A stretch of DNA of 63,850 nucleotides, filler included, from Leucoraja ocellata (GCA_036785375.1; 5 parts of 5 records of this genome joined end to end with filler, not necessarily neighbours in it), one strand, 5' to 3'. Shown: positions 23,301 to 38,035, counted from the first letter of the whole stretch. Notes: generated from the sequence alone by a model not told the origin. Made by a program: numbers and translations.

Positions 23301-23569
23301 TTGATGAGTAGGGTCATGTTTTATGAACGCAAACTCAACATAGTTTGATTTCCATTCTCGTTTATACTTGTGTTTAAAATGCAGGTTTCTGGTTTCAGAA
23401 TGTGAAATTGTACACTGATTCATTCACCAGCATAAGACGGGAACAATGTACTTTGTATAATAAGCTTTCTCACTTTTTATTTACCTCCAATATGCTAATG
23501 TTACTTTGTGCACAAAAGTTATTATTGTAAGGTACAAGTTTAATACGATTAATCTTAGCAATAGCTTAC

Positions 23570-23652
23570 CATAATGCAGTTGTAGAAATGTAGTTCACCA
23601 TCTGGATAAAAGGCAGTGGGTCGGATGTTGCACCACAGCTGGTACAAACACA
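23570..23652 (-). CDS. USP54: USP54 coding exon 5 (last one seen before the gap at 20218-20317)
   Basis: ttgcag|[27 protein letters not shown]+TG|gtaag; 83 nt, ends in phase 2. No further exon recognised in 20318-23569. Confidence 0.92.
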
Positions 23653-24331
23653 CTGCAAGGAAAAAAAATATTCCATGCCAGCCATCAGAGAAGTCGAACA
23701 TATTAACAGGTTTTCAAGTGAAATTCCAATATTGCACGTCATAAAGTTAAATATACTTGGATTATTTTGTCATCTAACCTAGTTCTAGATTCTTCACAAG
23801 CCGAAGCCTCCTCTCTGTATCCACCCAAATCAAAACCCCTCAGGATCTTATGTCCTTTTTTAATGTTCCAAAAATCTAGACAGTAGCTTACTGTGCTCAC
23901 CTTTCTTCAGAAGGCACCCTGCCCATTTCAATTACTAGTATTCCACTCACGCCAATGTGTTAATTCTTTCACTATGAATAAGTTCAAAGAGGACGTCCCA
24001 TTCCCAAAAGCATGTTGACTACCTGATTATCTTGAATTTTTCTCAAATTCTCTGCTTCCGTAACTCTAATAATAGTTTCTAACATTAACTTTCTAACCGA
24101 TAATGAAGTAACTGGTAAAAGGAAAGAACATTTATAATATTTTGGATTATCCTAATAAACACCAATAAGTGTTCACAAAATGCAAAACATTGAGATAAAC
24201 TTCAGTACCTAACATAACTGATATTGTAGAGAAAACTGATTTCGACTCAAAAAGAAAGCTGAAAACATAGAAGTAGTGGAAAACATTTTTAAAATCTGAC
24301 TTTACCAATCTAAAAAGTAAATTATTCTTAC

Positions 24332-24445
24332 CTGCTCAAACAAAGTCATAGCAAATTTCTGGTGTGGAATACAATGCTTCGATGTGCAAATGTCCTCCTT
24401 CGTTTCATCAGCAATGTGAAAGTGTATTCGCATGAGGATATTTTC
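24332..24445 (-). CDS. USP54: USP54 coding exon 4
   Basis: tacag|[38 protein letters not shown]|gtaag; 114 nt. Confidence 0.93.
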
Positions 24446-25164
24446 CTGTAAAAAGTATAATTTTAAACATGCTGTATATGGTTCTCCACAGATGAAGATG
24501 GAGCAATCAAATCTGAATTACAGCACACAAAAGTAAAAGCAGAAGGTTTCACAACAATGATTTTGAGTAAGATTCATGTAAACAAATTCTGCCCATTTTG
24601 CTACATTATACTAGTTGTGAATTCTGAGGTGCATAACTGCAAATATTGATTTATAATATGTGGCGATGTTAAGTATGCGACTGCAACATTCTATGTTACA
24701 CATTCAGTGTACATCTACTAGTCTCATTAGGTGATTCAATGTTCTCAGTAATGTCGGATTAATGTTAGACTAGCTGGATTGCATTTGTACTGAGACTGTA
24801 TAGCCTTAACGAGCCAAATGACAATGCTGTATCCATTCTGTCATAAAGCAAAATTACTGCTCACAATTACTTAACAATGTACAAAGCACAAATATTTGCA
24901 AAATCTGATAAATGGATACCTGCATTTCGAATGATAGCTCCACTAGACTACTTTAAGTACAATATCTGGCATCCCCTGTAAATTCCTGATGACATTTCAG
25001 GAGTTAGATTGGCCTGGGGATTACTAGCAGCTTCAAGGTCATCCCAATGCAATAATCTTGATTTCCCCCATTGCATATATACTTCCAAAATCAATTAGTA
25101 CCTTTATTGCAAAAAGCATTATCAAACAGTCAAGTGAACCAAGTGGTTGTCATTTAACACTCAC

Positions 25165-25299
25165 AAAACATTCTGCAGCATCATCCATGATCCCCATCTG
25201 AAAGCGTTGTTCATCTTGAAAGGTTTTGGCAAGAGCACTCCTCAAGGCATCAGATGGCAGTACCTTTTCTTTGCTATATTGAAACTGAGTAAAGATTCC
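25165..25299 (-). CDS. USP54: USP54 coding exon 3
   Basis: tttag|[45 protein letters not shown]|gtgagt; 135 nt. Confidence 0.93.
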
Positions 25300-26834
25300 C
25301 TAAAGAAATGAAACAATCAATGAATTCCACCTTCACATTTTTTTTGGCACATAGAAAAAAAATAATTGGGCACTGGGCACTGTAGGAGCACTGGTCTGTC
25401 TTGAAAATAACACTAATTTGAGATTGGATATACCTTTCTTACATTTTCTGTTTTATTTTAACATTATCACCCTCTTCAATTATTTTGTTCACACATTCAT
25501 CCCTTTCAAAAACTGAAAAATAGGAGCAGGAACAGGTGTCAGAGATTATGGGGAGAAAGAAAGGAAAACGGGGTTAGGAGGGAGACATAGATTAGTCATG
25601 ATTGAATGGCAGAGTAGACGGGGGGGGGGGGGAAGGGAGCGCGAGCCCGGGGGGGGGGGGGGGAGGGGGGAGAGAGCGCTAAGTCGATTTCTGAATCCAT
25701 GGGATATAACTCTACAGGAATATGTAAAGATTTTACCGTTAGAGTGTCGTTTTTTTTGAGCAGATGCGATCACGCACACACACAAGATCAAAGTCGTCTT
25801 TTTTTTTTCCATCTCTGACCAGTACGATCAGAAATATTTATGAAATTAAATTATTTTATTTTGTTAAGAACAATCCTGGAAGATTTAATGATATGACCTT
25901 CTTTGACCACTGTGGCCAGTGTTTCACATTTTTATGTTGGCTCTGCAAAAGCAGTAGAGTATGGGCAACATTATTGAGGCGGGTACACATTATCCATTCC
26001 AATTCATCTGATACAACCAAATATCCTGTTGAATTATTTCAGAAGGCAGCAAAGAGTCAACCAAGTTTCTGCAGGACCCGAGTCACTTATTGACCCACCC
26101 ATATTACGAATGGTAGGAGTGCTTCCCTTAAAAAATATTTTAATGAAAAGCTGGCAGCTTCGTAGTCATTTCAAAGGAATGAATTCAAATACTTAAAACA
26201 ATTTTGGTGGAAAATACGTGTTGTAATCTTTCTTATTTGTCCAGAATCATTGTCTCTTCTATTTCATAAGGAAAAATGAATATCAACAATTCTACAGCCT
26301 GCCCCTCCAACATTTCAGATTGAATCAAAGCAAACTGGAAGTATAATACTCCATTATCTTCCTTACTCCCAGTCCACTTTCAATGAAAAACCCTCATATA
26401 CACCCTTGTCCATCACCAGACCTAGTTATTTCAATTTTCTGTTAGCTCTTTTAACCCTCAGCTAAAGTCCATTTTAAGTCCTTAGAATCTGCAATATGCT
26501 TGCTGACTTCATTGATTTATCCAAAATCTCAACTTCAGAAGTTTCATCCCAGTGTTTATATCCTGTTATAGCTTCATGTCTCTTTAATTACAATTACCTT
26601 CAGTCCAACAACCCACTAAGAAATGATGAGAGAATGGCGAGAGAACCAACAGCAGAGAAAAACCCACTAGCCCTCAACACTAATCCATGTCACTGATCCA
26701 TCTGCCCACTCTATCAAATCCTTTAATCATCTTACATTTCTCAATTAGATCTACATTCAATTGAACATAAAACTAGTCCATAGAATCTGTCCACAGAATT
26801 TAACACTCTTAGCCCCAGTAATATTCTGGCAATA

Positions 26835-27074
26835 GACAGAAAAAGCTGGAGTAACTCAGCAGGTCAGACAGCATCTCTGAAGAAAATGAATAGATTATGT
26901 TTTGGGTTCAGACCCTTCTTCTGAAGAATTACCAGAATTATCTGAAGAAGAATGGCCTCAACCTGAAACGTCACCTATTCCTTTTCTCCAGAGATGCTGT
27001 CTGACCCGCTGAGTTACCTCAGCTTTTCGTGTCTATCTTCAGTTTAAACCAGCATCTGCAGTTCCTTCCTACAC
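26835..27074. mobile_element. Inverted pair of Penelope 3'-end units with degenerate hammerhead motifs
   Basis: Minus unit at about 26835-26923 and plus unit at 26942-27074. Flanked by AATATTCTGG(C/T)AATA at 26820-26834 and 27075-27089. Confidence 0.7.
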
Positions 27075-27554
27075 AATATTCTGGTAATATTGCATGCAGC
27101 ACATACTTGGCTATTAACTTTGAACTCTAATTTTCTCATATTGCAGATCAGTTCAAGATTTTGCTGGACATTGGAAGATGTTCATGTTTTTCAATAGAAA
27201 AATCTCACCTCCCCAAGTTACCATCCAACAATCAAATTACTTCCACTGATTACCATGAACAAAGCTTAAGGGCCCCGTCATTTTCAATTATGCTTAATTT
27301 AGGTCAATTATCATAACCGGCTGTGGCTCTGCAGGTAACACCCGATTAAATGATCATTGCTTCAAATTCCACTTCAGAGCTTTCAACGTGTAGAAACAGC
27401 AGCAACTCTGATGCAATACAAAGAAGATATCTGTTCCTGAGAATATGTTTGATATACTTATTTTCATTGCAATGTGGAAAAGTTTATGCTGCACAAATTT
27501 TCAACCGAGCCAGTACCAGCAGATTTCATCTGCAAAGCTGTGAACATAATCTAG

Positions 27555-29080
27555 TTTAGTTTAATTTATTGTCACGTGTACCGGGGTACAATGAAAAGCT
27601 TTTGTTGCTTGCTATCTAATCAGCGGAAAGACAATACATGATTACAATCGAGCCATTTACAATGTATAGATAGATACATGATAAGGGAATAATATTTAGT
27701 ACAAGGTAAAGTCCGAGGGTCATCAATGAGGTAGATAGTAGTTCAGGACTGCTTTCTGGTTTTGGTAGGATGATTCAGTTGCCAGATAATAACTGGGAAG
27801 AAACCATCCCTGAATCTGGAGATGTGCACTTTCACACCTATATATTTTGCCTGATGGGAGAGGGTAGAAGAGGGAGTGGCCAGGGTGCAACTCCTCCTTG
27901 ATTATGCTGCTGGCCTTGCTGAGACAGCGCGAGGTGTAAATTGAGTGAAAGGAAGGGTGGTTGGCTTGTGTGATGGTCTAGGCTGCATCCACAATTCACT
28001 GCAAATTCTTGCCGTTTTGGATGGGGCTGTTCTGAAACCAAGCTGATCCTGATAAAATGTTTTCTATGGTGCACCTGTAGAAGTTGGTGAGAGTTGTAGA
28101 GGACATGCTGAACTTCCTAAGCCTTTCTCTACATCCTTCAAAGGCTTATGTCCAGGAGAAGTTGTTGGTGATATGGACTCCTGGGAATTTGAAGTTTTCA
28201 ACCATCTCTACTTAGGCGCTGTCAATGCAAACTGGGGTTCCTGAAGTCAAAAGGTTTCAAAGGTCTTTTATTGTCACATATACCAATTAATGTACAGTGA
28301 TATACGAATTACCATACAGCTATACAAAAAAAAAGCAACAAGACACACATACATAAAAGTTAACATAAACATCCTTCACAGTGGATTCCTCTCTATGATG
28401 AAAGGCAAAAGTGTTCAATCTTCTTCCTCTTTATTTCTCCCACGGTCGGGGCAGTCGAACCATCCGTCGAGGCGCTCAAAGCTCCTGCAGCTGGCGGTGG
28501 AAGCTCCCGCGTCAGGGCGATCAAAACTCCTGCGTTGGGGCGGTCGATCATTATCTGCTTTGTTTTGCTGACATTGAGAGAAAGGTTGTTGTCTCGGCAC
28601 CAGGACACTAAGTTCTCGATCTCCTTCCTGTACTCCACCTCATCTTTATTTAATATTCGGCCCACAATGGTGGTGTCATCTGCAAATTTGAAAATTTAAT
28701 TAGATTTGTACGTGGCTGCACAGTTGTGGGTGTACAAGGAGTGAAGAGGCTGAGAGCGCAACCTTGCGGAGCAACCGTGTTGAGGATTATCGTCGAGGGT
28801 GATCTATCCCCTCACCTCACTGATTGGGGTCTGTTGGTCAGGACGCCGAGGATCCAGTTGCAGAGATGAGTGCTGACACCAAGTCCCGTGAATTTGGTGA
28901 TAAGTTTGGATGGTATAATGGTGTTCACGGTAGAGCTGTAGTCTATGTAGTCTGACGTACTGTAAGTGTCTCTCTCATCCAGGTGTTCCACGGATGAGTA
29001 TAAGGCTAGGGCGGTGGCATCGTCCGTGGACATGTTGTGGCAGTAGGCAAACTGTAGTGGGTCAAGGCCGCTGGGCAAAC
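27555..29080 (-). mobile_element. Degenerate Rex1/L2 LINE fragments including RT domain
   Basis: ORF 28812..29198 (LDPLQFAY...DYSSTVNTIIPSKL...NWILGVLTNRPQSVR) and ORF 28393..28665 (WCRDNNLSLNVSKTK). Confidence 0.75.
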
Positions 29081-32000
29081 TGAATTTAATCTCATAAATA
29101 ATGTATTTAAATGATTTCTTTAGACGAGTACTTGAATCACCAAGGCAAAGGAGGCTATGGGCCAAGTGCTGGCTTGACCTGCTGAGCTTATCAAGCATTT
29201 TCAGCAGAAAATGCTGTTTTTGACCCTGGTGAGTCTCCTCTGCCCTCTCTCCAGCTCAATCATACCCTTGCATCTGTCTTCAGAGTCACTGCTACTTGTT
29301 TTTATTTGCAGTCTAATTTCTCCTATTGAAATCTAAAGCAAAATTACATCTATATTTAGCACATTCTGATCATGCTTAAACGGAAGCTTTGATCCAAACG
29401 CCTAGCACCAGTTTTAAAACCTGCAACAACTAAACAGAACAGATTACAAGGCCGAATTTCATATCTTTAACCGGAAGCTAAGATTCAGATCAACTGGCAA
29501 AGGTCCCTGTTAAATATCATAACACAGATAAGCTAAGCAATGGCTGATGCACAAATTAGTGGTTGAAATTATGTCATTTATTTGTGAGCATCAGGTGACG
29601 CAAACTTAAAGAGCATGGGGTGAGGTTTTGCAATGTTGATCATGACCTTCTATAATTGAGAAAAGCCTCAATTATTTGCGTAATTCTATGGTGCTTACTT
29701 TGTGTGTGCCACACCCATGTGCAAGTATTTGTTGCCAAAATCAATAGAATTAATCAGGTGAATCAAAAGATATCAACTCATTCTGTTCATGGTTATAATT
29801 CTTCACATTTTAATGAAATAAATTGGCCAGGCCTTGAAACTGCCATTAGTTATGTGAAAATTCCTGGTCCTACTCCCATAAAGTTGGCGCACAGAACAAT
29901 GAGTCAGGAAAGCCTAGCCAAGCTGAATATGTAGAGACAAGAAACTCCAGATGCTGGAAGAAAGATACAAAGTGCTGGATTAACTTAGTGGGTCAGGCAC
30001 ATCACCACCTGAAAATGTGTCTCCCCATGTTCTCCAGAGATGCTGCCTGTCCTGCTCAGTTACTCCAGCACTTTGTGTCTTTCCGGTTTTATCAGATTGC
30101 ATTTCAAAACAATTGAGATTCAAGTACTGACTAGAGAACAGCTTTGAATCCAACCATTAACATTCACTCACATCATGTAAAATACACTTAATTTGCCTGG
30201 TAGTATTTCTCAACAGAAAATAAAGAAAAATGATAGGAGAACATCGTAAAGCCGAGAGTTTCAGAAGAAGATATTGTAGCACAAAAATATATTTTCACAG
30301 CAAATGCTTACAGAAATTAGATTTAAGCTGCACTTCACATTCGCAGCTCAAAGAAATCATGACACTTTTGAACAACTACCACCAATGAGCGGCCTAAAAT
30401 TAAAAATCAAATAATTATGATTAATTGAATTAATACCTACTGTATTGGTTATTCAAAAACATATATATTTATCATAGCTGAATAAAAAATGCATTAAGCA
30501 CTCATTATGAAAATACCACTGACTGGTAGGCTACCTGCTAAAGCTTGTCACCTGCTGTACGGTAATTGTTTTATAATATCAACAATGTTATTTGTGAAGG
30601 TTGCACACATCACTGAATGGGTTTCCCCCAAAAACTTCAACATCTTCCCACATCCAAAAGATATGCTGATAGATTGATCGGCTTCTGTAAATTTATCCCT
30701 GTGTCAGTGGGTGGTAGAAGAATTGAGATCACGTTGATGGGCAGTATAAATTGCTGGGAAATAGGTGGAGAAATGGCACTGGTGGGAAGGCCAATATCTG
30801 TCTGCCCCATTTTGCCCCTTCTACCAACAAACATTCACGTATACATTAAATATCTTGCACTAGAAACACATCAGTTTAATACAAATAGCACAAGACTACA
30901 GAACGTTTTCCTGAATTCGAGAATTTAAACAAAATGTTCAGTAGCAAATGAACACAAGCTATTTCTGAAACGTTGTCAAGTTCCTGACTCAAATAAGTCA
31001 GAACTTCAAAATATAAATGAAACGCCTTCTTGAACGAGGAGAATTTTACCTCACTAACTGGTGTTAAGATTTTGTTGGCATAGTTCTATAAACTGTATAA
31101 AGCTAAGTAACAATTATTATCATAGCATCAAAATTAAGAACACAAAGTACTGTGCTTCCAGATACAGTCAAGGACATTCCAGAGACTAGTTTGGCAGAAA
31201 ACTGATATTGAATAAATGAAGTGAACTTGCTTTACCCCCTCAAATTCCTATTCAAAATTGTAAAACAGTATACAGCTACAGGTGGAAAAATAATAAGACA
31301 GTAAAAATATTTTTTTCTTTATTTCATTGGAATGGTTAGTGATGATACAATTTGTATGATATAGATTATTGAATGGAAATTAACAGATTACATAAACATT
31401 TTATTATTAAGTTTTAGAGGTATATGGGCCAAATATGAGAAGGTTGGGCTTGAGTAGACAGAGGAAAGTTGGGCCAAAAGCCAACCTCCATGCTGTATGA
31501 CCCTATAAAAGTACTCAAAGTAAACATTTATCAACATATTAGACTTTTATTTGGTAAGGCTGATGGAGTTATGTGTGGACTTTAATTCCACTTTTGCTCC
31601 ACCTTTATAGAGAAATTAGTTCTTGACTTCACTCTTGAATAACCTAGCTCAAGCTAAGATTTTGTCCCTAATTTTCTTCTACCAAATCATTTAATAAATT
31701 TAAATTCCTTAGCGAAATTCTTTAAATTCAAGGAATATACATAGTTATTCTATTTTACCTCATAATTTAACCCTTTAAAAGTAAATCCTGATAAAATTGT
31801 ACAGCCTCCAAGACTGGTATTTTCTTCCTCAGTTATGGTGCCTTGAATACTCTGGGGCAACAGAGGTTCCTAATCAATTACTCAAAATGTCTGTCCAATT
31901 GAATTCCTAGTGTGAACTTAACATATGAGTTAGTCATTTTGTTCTTACCTACTAATATTTAGTTACGCACACAAATCCTTTTATTTTATCAGTTCCTTCT

Positions 32001-33814
32001 AAGAAAGAAAATATGTAAATTTGCCTTAGTTGGATAAAAATGGTGATGATCAGTGGGAATAACAAAGAATTATAAACACAAACTGCAAACAAGAAAAAAG
32101 TTAAATATAGTTTTGGACAATTGCTGAGTCAAAAAAACATTTTCAAGATATCACAGGGAGTTTGAGCCACTGATGCTGACTTTTAAACAGTGACCTGAAA
32201 GCTTGGTTTCAATACAAAGAAATGCAAATTGAGATTTATTTAAAATGAGAGCGAGATAGATAAATAAAGCCATCAGAAAGATTTTTAAACGTTTCAGTAA
32301 TACTCAGGACCATAAGTCAGTAATGCCTGTTTTGTACTTTCCATCTTTCCTTTTTACTTCTTTCAGCAACAAGTCAAGCTCTCTGCAATAACCTTTATAA
32401 AACATGCAGTGTTGAAATGTAATTACACAGTGCTCCATTGACTTCTTTAGCCTTCATTGCATTACTGAAGTGCAATTACTTCAGAACATTAAGATCTTGT
32501 GGTCTGATCAGCTGCTACAAAATTCAATCAGCAAATTCATACCAATCGCTAATTCTACTTAATTACTTTCTTGAATTTCAAGGATTAATCCCGATGGGCA
32601 GTGAGGCTTGACTGGCCTCTTGGGGTGCTTATTTCAAGTCTTTCCAAGTTTCGAGATTATTTAATTACTTTCAATTTAATGGTGCAGATCTGAGTCACTC
32701 TATATCTGGGTAACTGGCTCGTAGCTCAATTATAGCAATGTGCTAAGCAACCAAAATGATGGCTTTATTTGTCTCATCTCCAATGCAGTTTTAGTTAAGG
32801 TACCACAATCTTGGACTATTTACTACTGTAAAAGTATTATTCTTAATACGTTTTCAACCTCAAATTTAAATGTAGAATTATCAGTAACTGTTGATGAAAA
32901 AATCCAGGATTTTCTTGTCGTACACAAACCAGTCGATATGCAAGAAACCAGAATGTATATTTACAAAAATAAAAACAAAATATAATGCTGGTGAGAATCA
33001 GGAATTCAAACAGCATTATGGAAATGAGAATCAGGATTAATGTTATTAGTGAAAAAGACTCAAAGCACTGGACCAACTCAGCGGGTCAGGTACCATCTCT
33101 GGAGAATACAGAATGGTGATGTTTTGGGTTGGGACCCTTCTTCAGACAGTTCTTAGTTGAATATTAGTTGTTGCGTGTGTCTGATTGAATAATTTAGTAG
33201 TTGACAAAACAAGTGGTAATATTTAAAGTGGCATTGTTAATTTTGCAATAAGTTTTTTTCTCATCAATTATAAAGAATGTAAAGCCTTACGTGCTTGAGT
33301 GATGGGAGGCTTCTGGCTGAACATGACATGTTCTAAGTTTACTAAAACCACGTGTGGGCTAGCAAGCTTACAGCAATCGTCCTTTGTTTCAATCATGGAC
33401 ACCATACCCATGACACCACTCATGTCTGATTGTAGCTTCATAATCATTTAAGGTAACAAACGTGCAAAGTAACAGGAAAATAGTTTATGCAAGTGTTTTC
33501 AATCTCATGCCAAATCTACGAGGATCAGCCAAGGAACCGAGTTAGAAGGAAAATCACCCACAAAGAGCTGATAGTCTCTATACAGAATATAGAAAGGAAC
33601 AGATAGGTTTTGATTCAAATAAATGGATTGAGCCTACCACAACAGATGAAACGATGGGGCATTGCAATAAAAGTTAAGGGAAATCTATGTAGACATTCTG
33701 ACGTCTACTATAAACTTGTCGACTCCCAGTTATCTGGTATACACTTCCTCCCACTTGCAAAGACACTATTCTGGTATACACTTATCTGGTATACACTTGC
33801 CTGTCACTTGCAAA

Positions 33815-34965
33815 GACACTATTCCCGCCTCTTAATTCCTACGTCTCCACCACATCTGCTCCACGATGAGACTTTCTGTTCTCAGAAATCCAAGATGTTC
33901 CCATTCTCTAATAAACGTGGCATTCCCCCTTCTGTCATAGATGGATCCCTCGCCCGCATCTCCTGTGTCCAGTAGGTCTGCTCTTGCTCTGCCTTCCCCC
34001 AGACGGAACAAGAATAGTGTCTTTATCTTTTACCCCACCAGCCTCTGCATCTAACACATCATATACCGACATTTGCGTCACATCTTCCCATCTCCACCTC
34101 TCTCTGCCTTCCGCAGAGACTGCTCTCTCGTCAACACCTTGGTTCGCTCATCCCTTCCCACCCAAAACATCCCCTGCACAGGTACTTTCCCCTGCAACCA
34201 CAGGAGATGTAACACCTGTCCCCATATCTCCTCTTTCACCTCCATCCAGGGACCCCAGCAGTTCTTCCAGATGAGATAGAGTTACATGTGCACCTCCTCT
34301 AACCTCATCTACTGCATCTTTCCCGATGTGGCCTCCTGTACATTGGCGACCATTTTGCGGAACACTTGCACTCAGTCCAGCAAGGCCTACTGGATCTCCT
34401 GGTCGTTAACCATTTTAATTCTCCTTCCCATTCCCGCACTGACCTTCTGTCCTGGGCCTCCTCTATTTGCCAGAGTGAGGCCGCACACAAACTGGAGGAA
34501 CAGCACCTCATATTCTGCTTGGATATTCCGCTTCCTCTTATTACAACCAAACGGTATGAACGTTAAATTCTACAGTTTTAGGTCACCTCTAACAAACTCC
34601 TCCCCCTGTGTTCTTCCCCATCTCCCGTCTTCTTCTTTCCCCATTCCCTCCCCTAGGCCCCTCCTGTACGCCCATCTATTTCTCCTCTCCATATCCCCAA
34701 CCATGCTTACTACTTTCCTTCCCCAGGCTTAAGTCCGCCACACTTCAAACCTGTCTCACACCTATTGTTCTTATCTTTGAACTTTTTTTCCAACCATCTG
34801 CCCCATCGCCTGTGTCAACCTATTAACTGTAATGCTTTGTCCTGCCTCTCCTCTTTTCCAGCTTTCTTCTCCCCCCCTACAATCAAACTGAAGAAGGATC
34901 TCGGCCCAAAACATCACTTATCCATGTTCTTCAGAGATGCTCCCTGACCCACTGACTTTGTGCCC
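33815..34965 (+). mobile_element. Old frameshifted Penelope-like element
   Basis: Fragments HIFPSPPLSAFRRD, TFPCNHRRCNTC, SSNLIYC, HFNSPSH and EEQHLIF. Degenerate hammerhead at about 34888-34916. Confidence 0.8.
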
Positions 34966-36454
34966 TTTTAAGGGAACTTGTACACATTATTGTACAATAA
35001 AGATAGCGGAGTCAGGGGATATCGGAGAAGGCAGGAACGGGGTACTAATTGTGGATGATCAGCCATGATCACATTGAATGGTGGTGCTGGTTTGAAGGGC
35101 CGAATGGCCTACTCCTGCACATATTGTCTATTATTGTAGTTTAAAAGCACATGCAGGGACATCAGAACATTGTGCACATTGTCTGCATTCTGCTTCCTAA
35201 TAATATCCTTTGATGTTATGGTTGGTTGATCAGGTACAATATCAATTGACTGAAAATGTCATGCATTACAGATTGCAATTTATATTGCTTACAACAAACT
35301 TAATATAATATGCAAGCCGAAATGTTGAAGGGTAATTTTAGAGGCTATAAAATGTGTTCACAGAAATTGTTAAATCAATTTTAGACTCACATTTCAAAGG
35401 CGAGTGAGTTGATGACACCAGCACATTGCCATTCTCATAACTTTTTAATGAATCAACAGACATTTTAATGAATTTTATTTGGTGTATAAGTGGCAGCATG
35501 TCAACCATAAATTTATTTATGTATTCTGGAATGAGAAAATTAGTAAAGGCAACTGCTGCTAATATAATAACATTAGTTATTATGGATTTCTTAGAAGTTA
35601 TTGAATGGTTTCAGCACTGTGAATCTTGTTAGAATTGTGATTGCCAATGCCAATGTAATGTGTGGTAAGAATCACTTTTGTCCACACAAATCTGAAAGAA
35701 AGGCAGCCTATTCAATAAGTCGAGTGATGCTTTTGCAATTCCATTGACCTGTTGCTCAAAAAAAACATTCAATTTGGACCATGATAAGGTAGATGTTCAA
35801 CTGGTTTGTACATTCTGTAAAGAACAATCTCAATCCAGGAAATGATATCAAGCATTAGACAGAAACTCTCATAAAATATACAGACATGGTATACCAAAGT
35901 CTGCCTCAATTCCTGATGCTGAAAATATAAAAACCTATGTTTACTAACCAAAAAGATATGTTTACTCTCTGTCCAGCATTGCCACTGGTTTTGCTTGTTT
36001 GTAGGAATCGTTTTGCCACCGTTCCCTGTCTGATTTTAACTGCAAAGATCAAGTTGCATTGCCTGAAGTAATATATGACCAACATACACCGATATATTGA
36101 AAGAGACTACCTTTTGATTATTGGACAAATGTTCAAATCCCCAAATCTATTTTTTGAAGATCAGCTTCCAACTTCCAAATACATAAAAATCAATTCTTGT
36201 TTTGCTTATTTGTTTGTATTTCATACATTCCACAGTAATTAAAGGGAATTGCGAAGTTAGGCCTTGCCTATGAGGCTTTAAAAAAATAGTTTTAGGGAGC
36301 CACACCTATAATGAAAACATCATTAGTGCACGCGAGGACCTGTCACGTGACCTTCCATCCATATGAATGAAACAAACATCTTGTGGGGCCAACAAACCCA
36401 ATTAACAGTTGATCGTTGCATGTTTGCACCCATTACTTTCGTGTTGAATATGAA

Positions 36455-37260
36455 TGGACAAAGGACAAAGGACATTTATTGTCACATACACCAATTGGTG
36501 CAGCGAAATTTGAGTTACCATGCAGCACACAAATAAGATAAACACAACACTATAGAATTTAACATTAATATCCCCCCACAGCGGAATCAACGTTTCCCAC
36601 TGTGAAGGAAGGCAGCAAAGTTCAGTCCACTTCCTCTATGTTCACCCGTGGTCGGGGCTTATTGAGGCCTCCGCAGTCGCCGCAAATGACGGCCCGATGT
36701 TTCAGGCCCTCTCGCCGGAATGATGGAGCTCCGGCGTCGGAAGAACATTCTCAGCGGCTTGGAGTTCCAAATCGGCCGCTTCCTACTAGAGATCGTGGCT
36801 CCCGAAGTCCACAGGCTGAGCTGGGCGGAGCTCAAACACTGGCGACCTCGGCGAAAGATCCCAGGCCTTCGCGGTGTTTAAAGTCAGCTCCACAACCCAC
36901 AGCTCCACGGTGTTAGAGTCGGCAGTGCCAGCTCTCCGGAGCTTCCAACACGGCGACTCTAGTAAGGCATCGCCCGTTCCACGATGGTACTTCGTTGCTG
37001 CCCCCTATGCTGAAGCTGAAACTCTGGCCGGTTTGTGGCAGGAAAGACCGCGCCAAGCCAGATGGTAGGCCGCAAGGAGGGGGCGAAGTTGCGACTCGGA
37101 GGAAAAACGCATCCTTGACCAGGTTTTGACTGAGAAACACAGTTTTCCCCTCCCCCCCACCACATAAAAAGACTAAAAGACCTCCAAAACAAAACTTTTG
37201 ACAGACTAAAATTTTTTTAAAGGATGAAAGGACGAAAAGTTGCGAAAAGCGCCACCACTC
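36455..37260 (-). mobile_element. GC-rich interspersed repeat with a Rex1/L2-like 3' tail; related pieces at ~28255-28550, 48340-49020, 51800-52270 and 58590-59280
   Basis: Shared blocks recognisable by eye (cacggtcggggc...gagctc...cccccacataaaa). No credible ORF; family not identified. Confidence 0.55.
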
Positions 37261-38035
37261 GCCAATGGCAAGTCAGGCATCCAGTGAATTAGCCGTTCAG
37301 TTTGATTGATAAAAATGCATCTATTGATGCTCCTGAACACATCATCAGTGATGTAACCTGGGGTCATTGGGTGTTTCGAGTCCTTCAACATCAGACACCC
37401 ACACCCAGGCGATCCAGCCGTGGTTGATCCATGGCATTCGCTCCTCCCTGATCTAGAGCCATGGAAACTAATATCAAAATATTTTGTAGGTTAGAAAATT
37501 ATAGCTTTCACTGCAAGGAATTTAAATATATAGTTTCACGAACATAGATCAAAAGCTTAGTGATTGTCCATATCAGAATTGCCCTAATTTCCTCAAACAT
37601 TTACAAATCAATTCAACCAGAGTTCAATCTGAGGATTTGTAGATACCATCAATATGCAAGAAACAAGACAAGAAATGTTTGTGCGTTATGCATCAAACTC
37701 AGATCTTCCAATTGTTCATTCAGGGAGGCAGTAACAATCAATCTGTAATGTATCTTTACTGATTCTCTGAAGAGCATCACTTTACTGCATTGTATCAAAT
37801 TTCTGACATCTCTCAATATCCTACAGCAACCTATTACTCTCTTCCTCAAAATTCCAAGCAATTTTCCACCTGGAAATTTGGAAATGCTACCCTGTGGACC
37901 ATGACAAAATTATTAAAATACATACAAATCAATAAAGGCACCAGCTCTGGCCCCAAGGGAGGATTCATTCAGTATGTAAGTAGGTAACAAAAATAATCAG
38001 GTCACAGTTGTACACCAGTATTTGGAGGTCTCTCA

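Noticed and set aside
37325-37435. Hammerhead-like CTGATG...GAAAC on the minus strand
   Set aside because: The core reads CTGATGTT rather than CTGANGA and stem II is not supported. It is more likely the 3' UTR hairpin of another non-LTR element.
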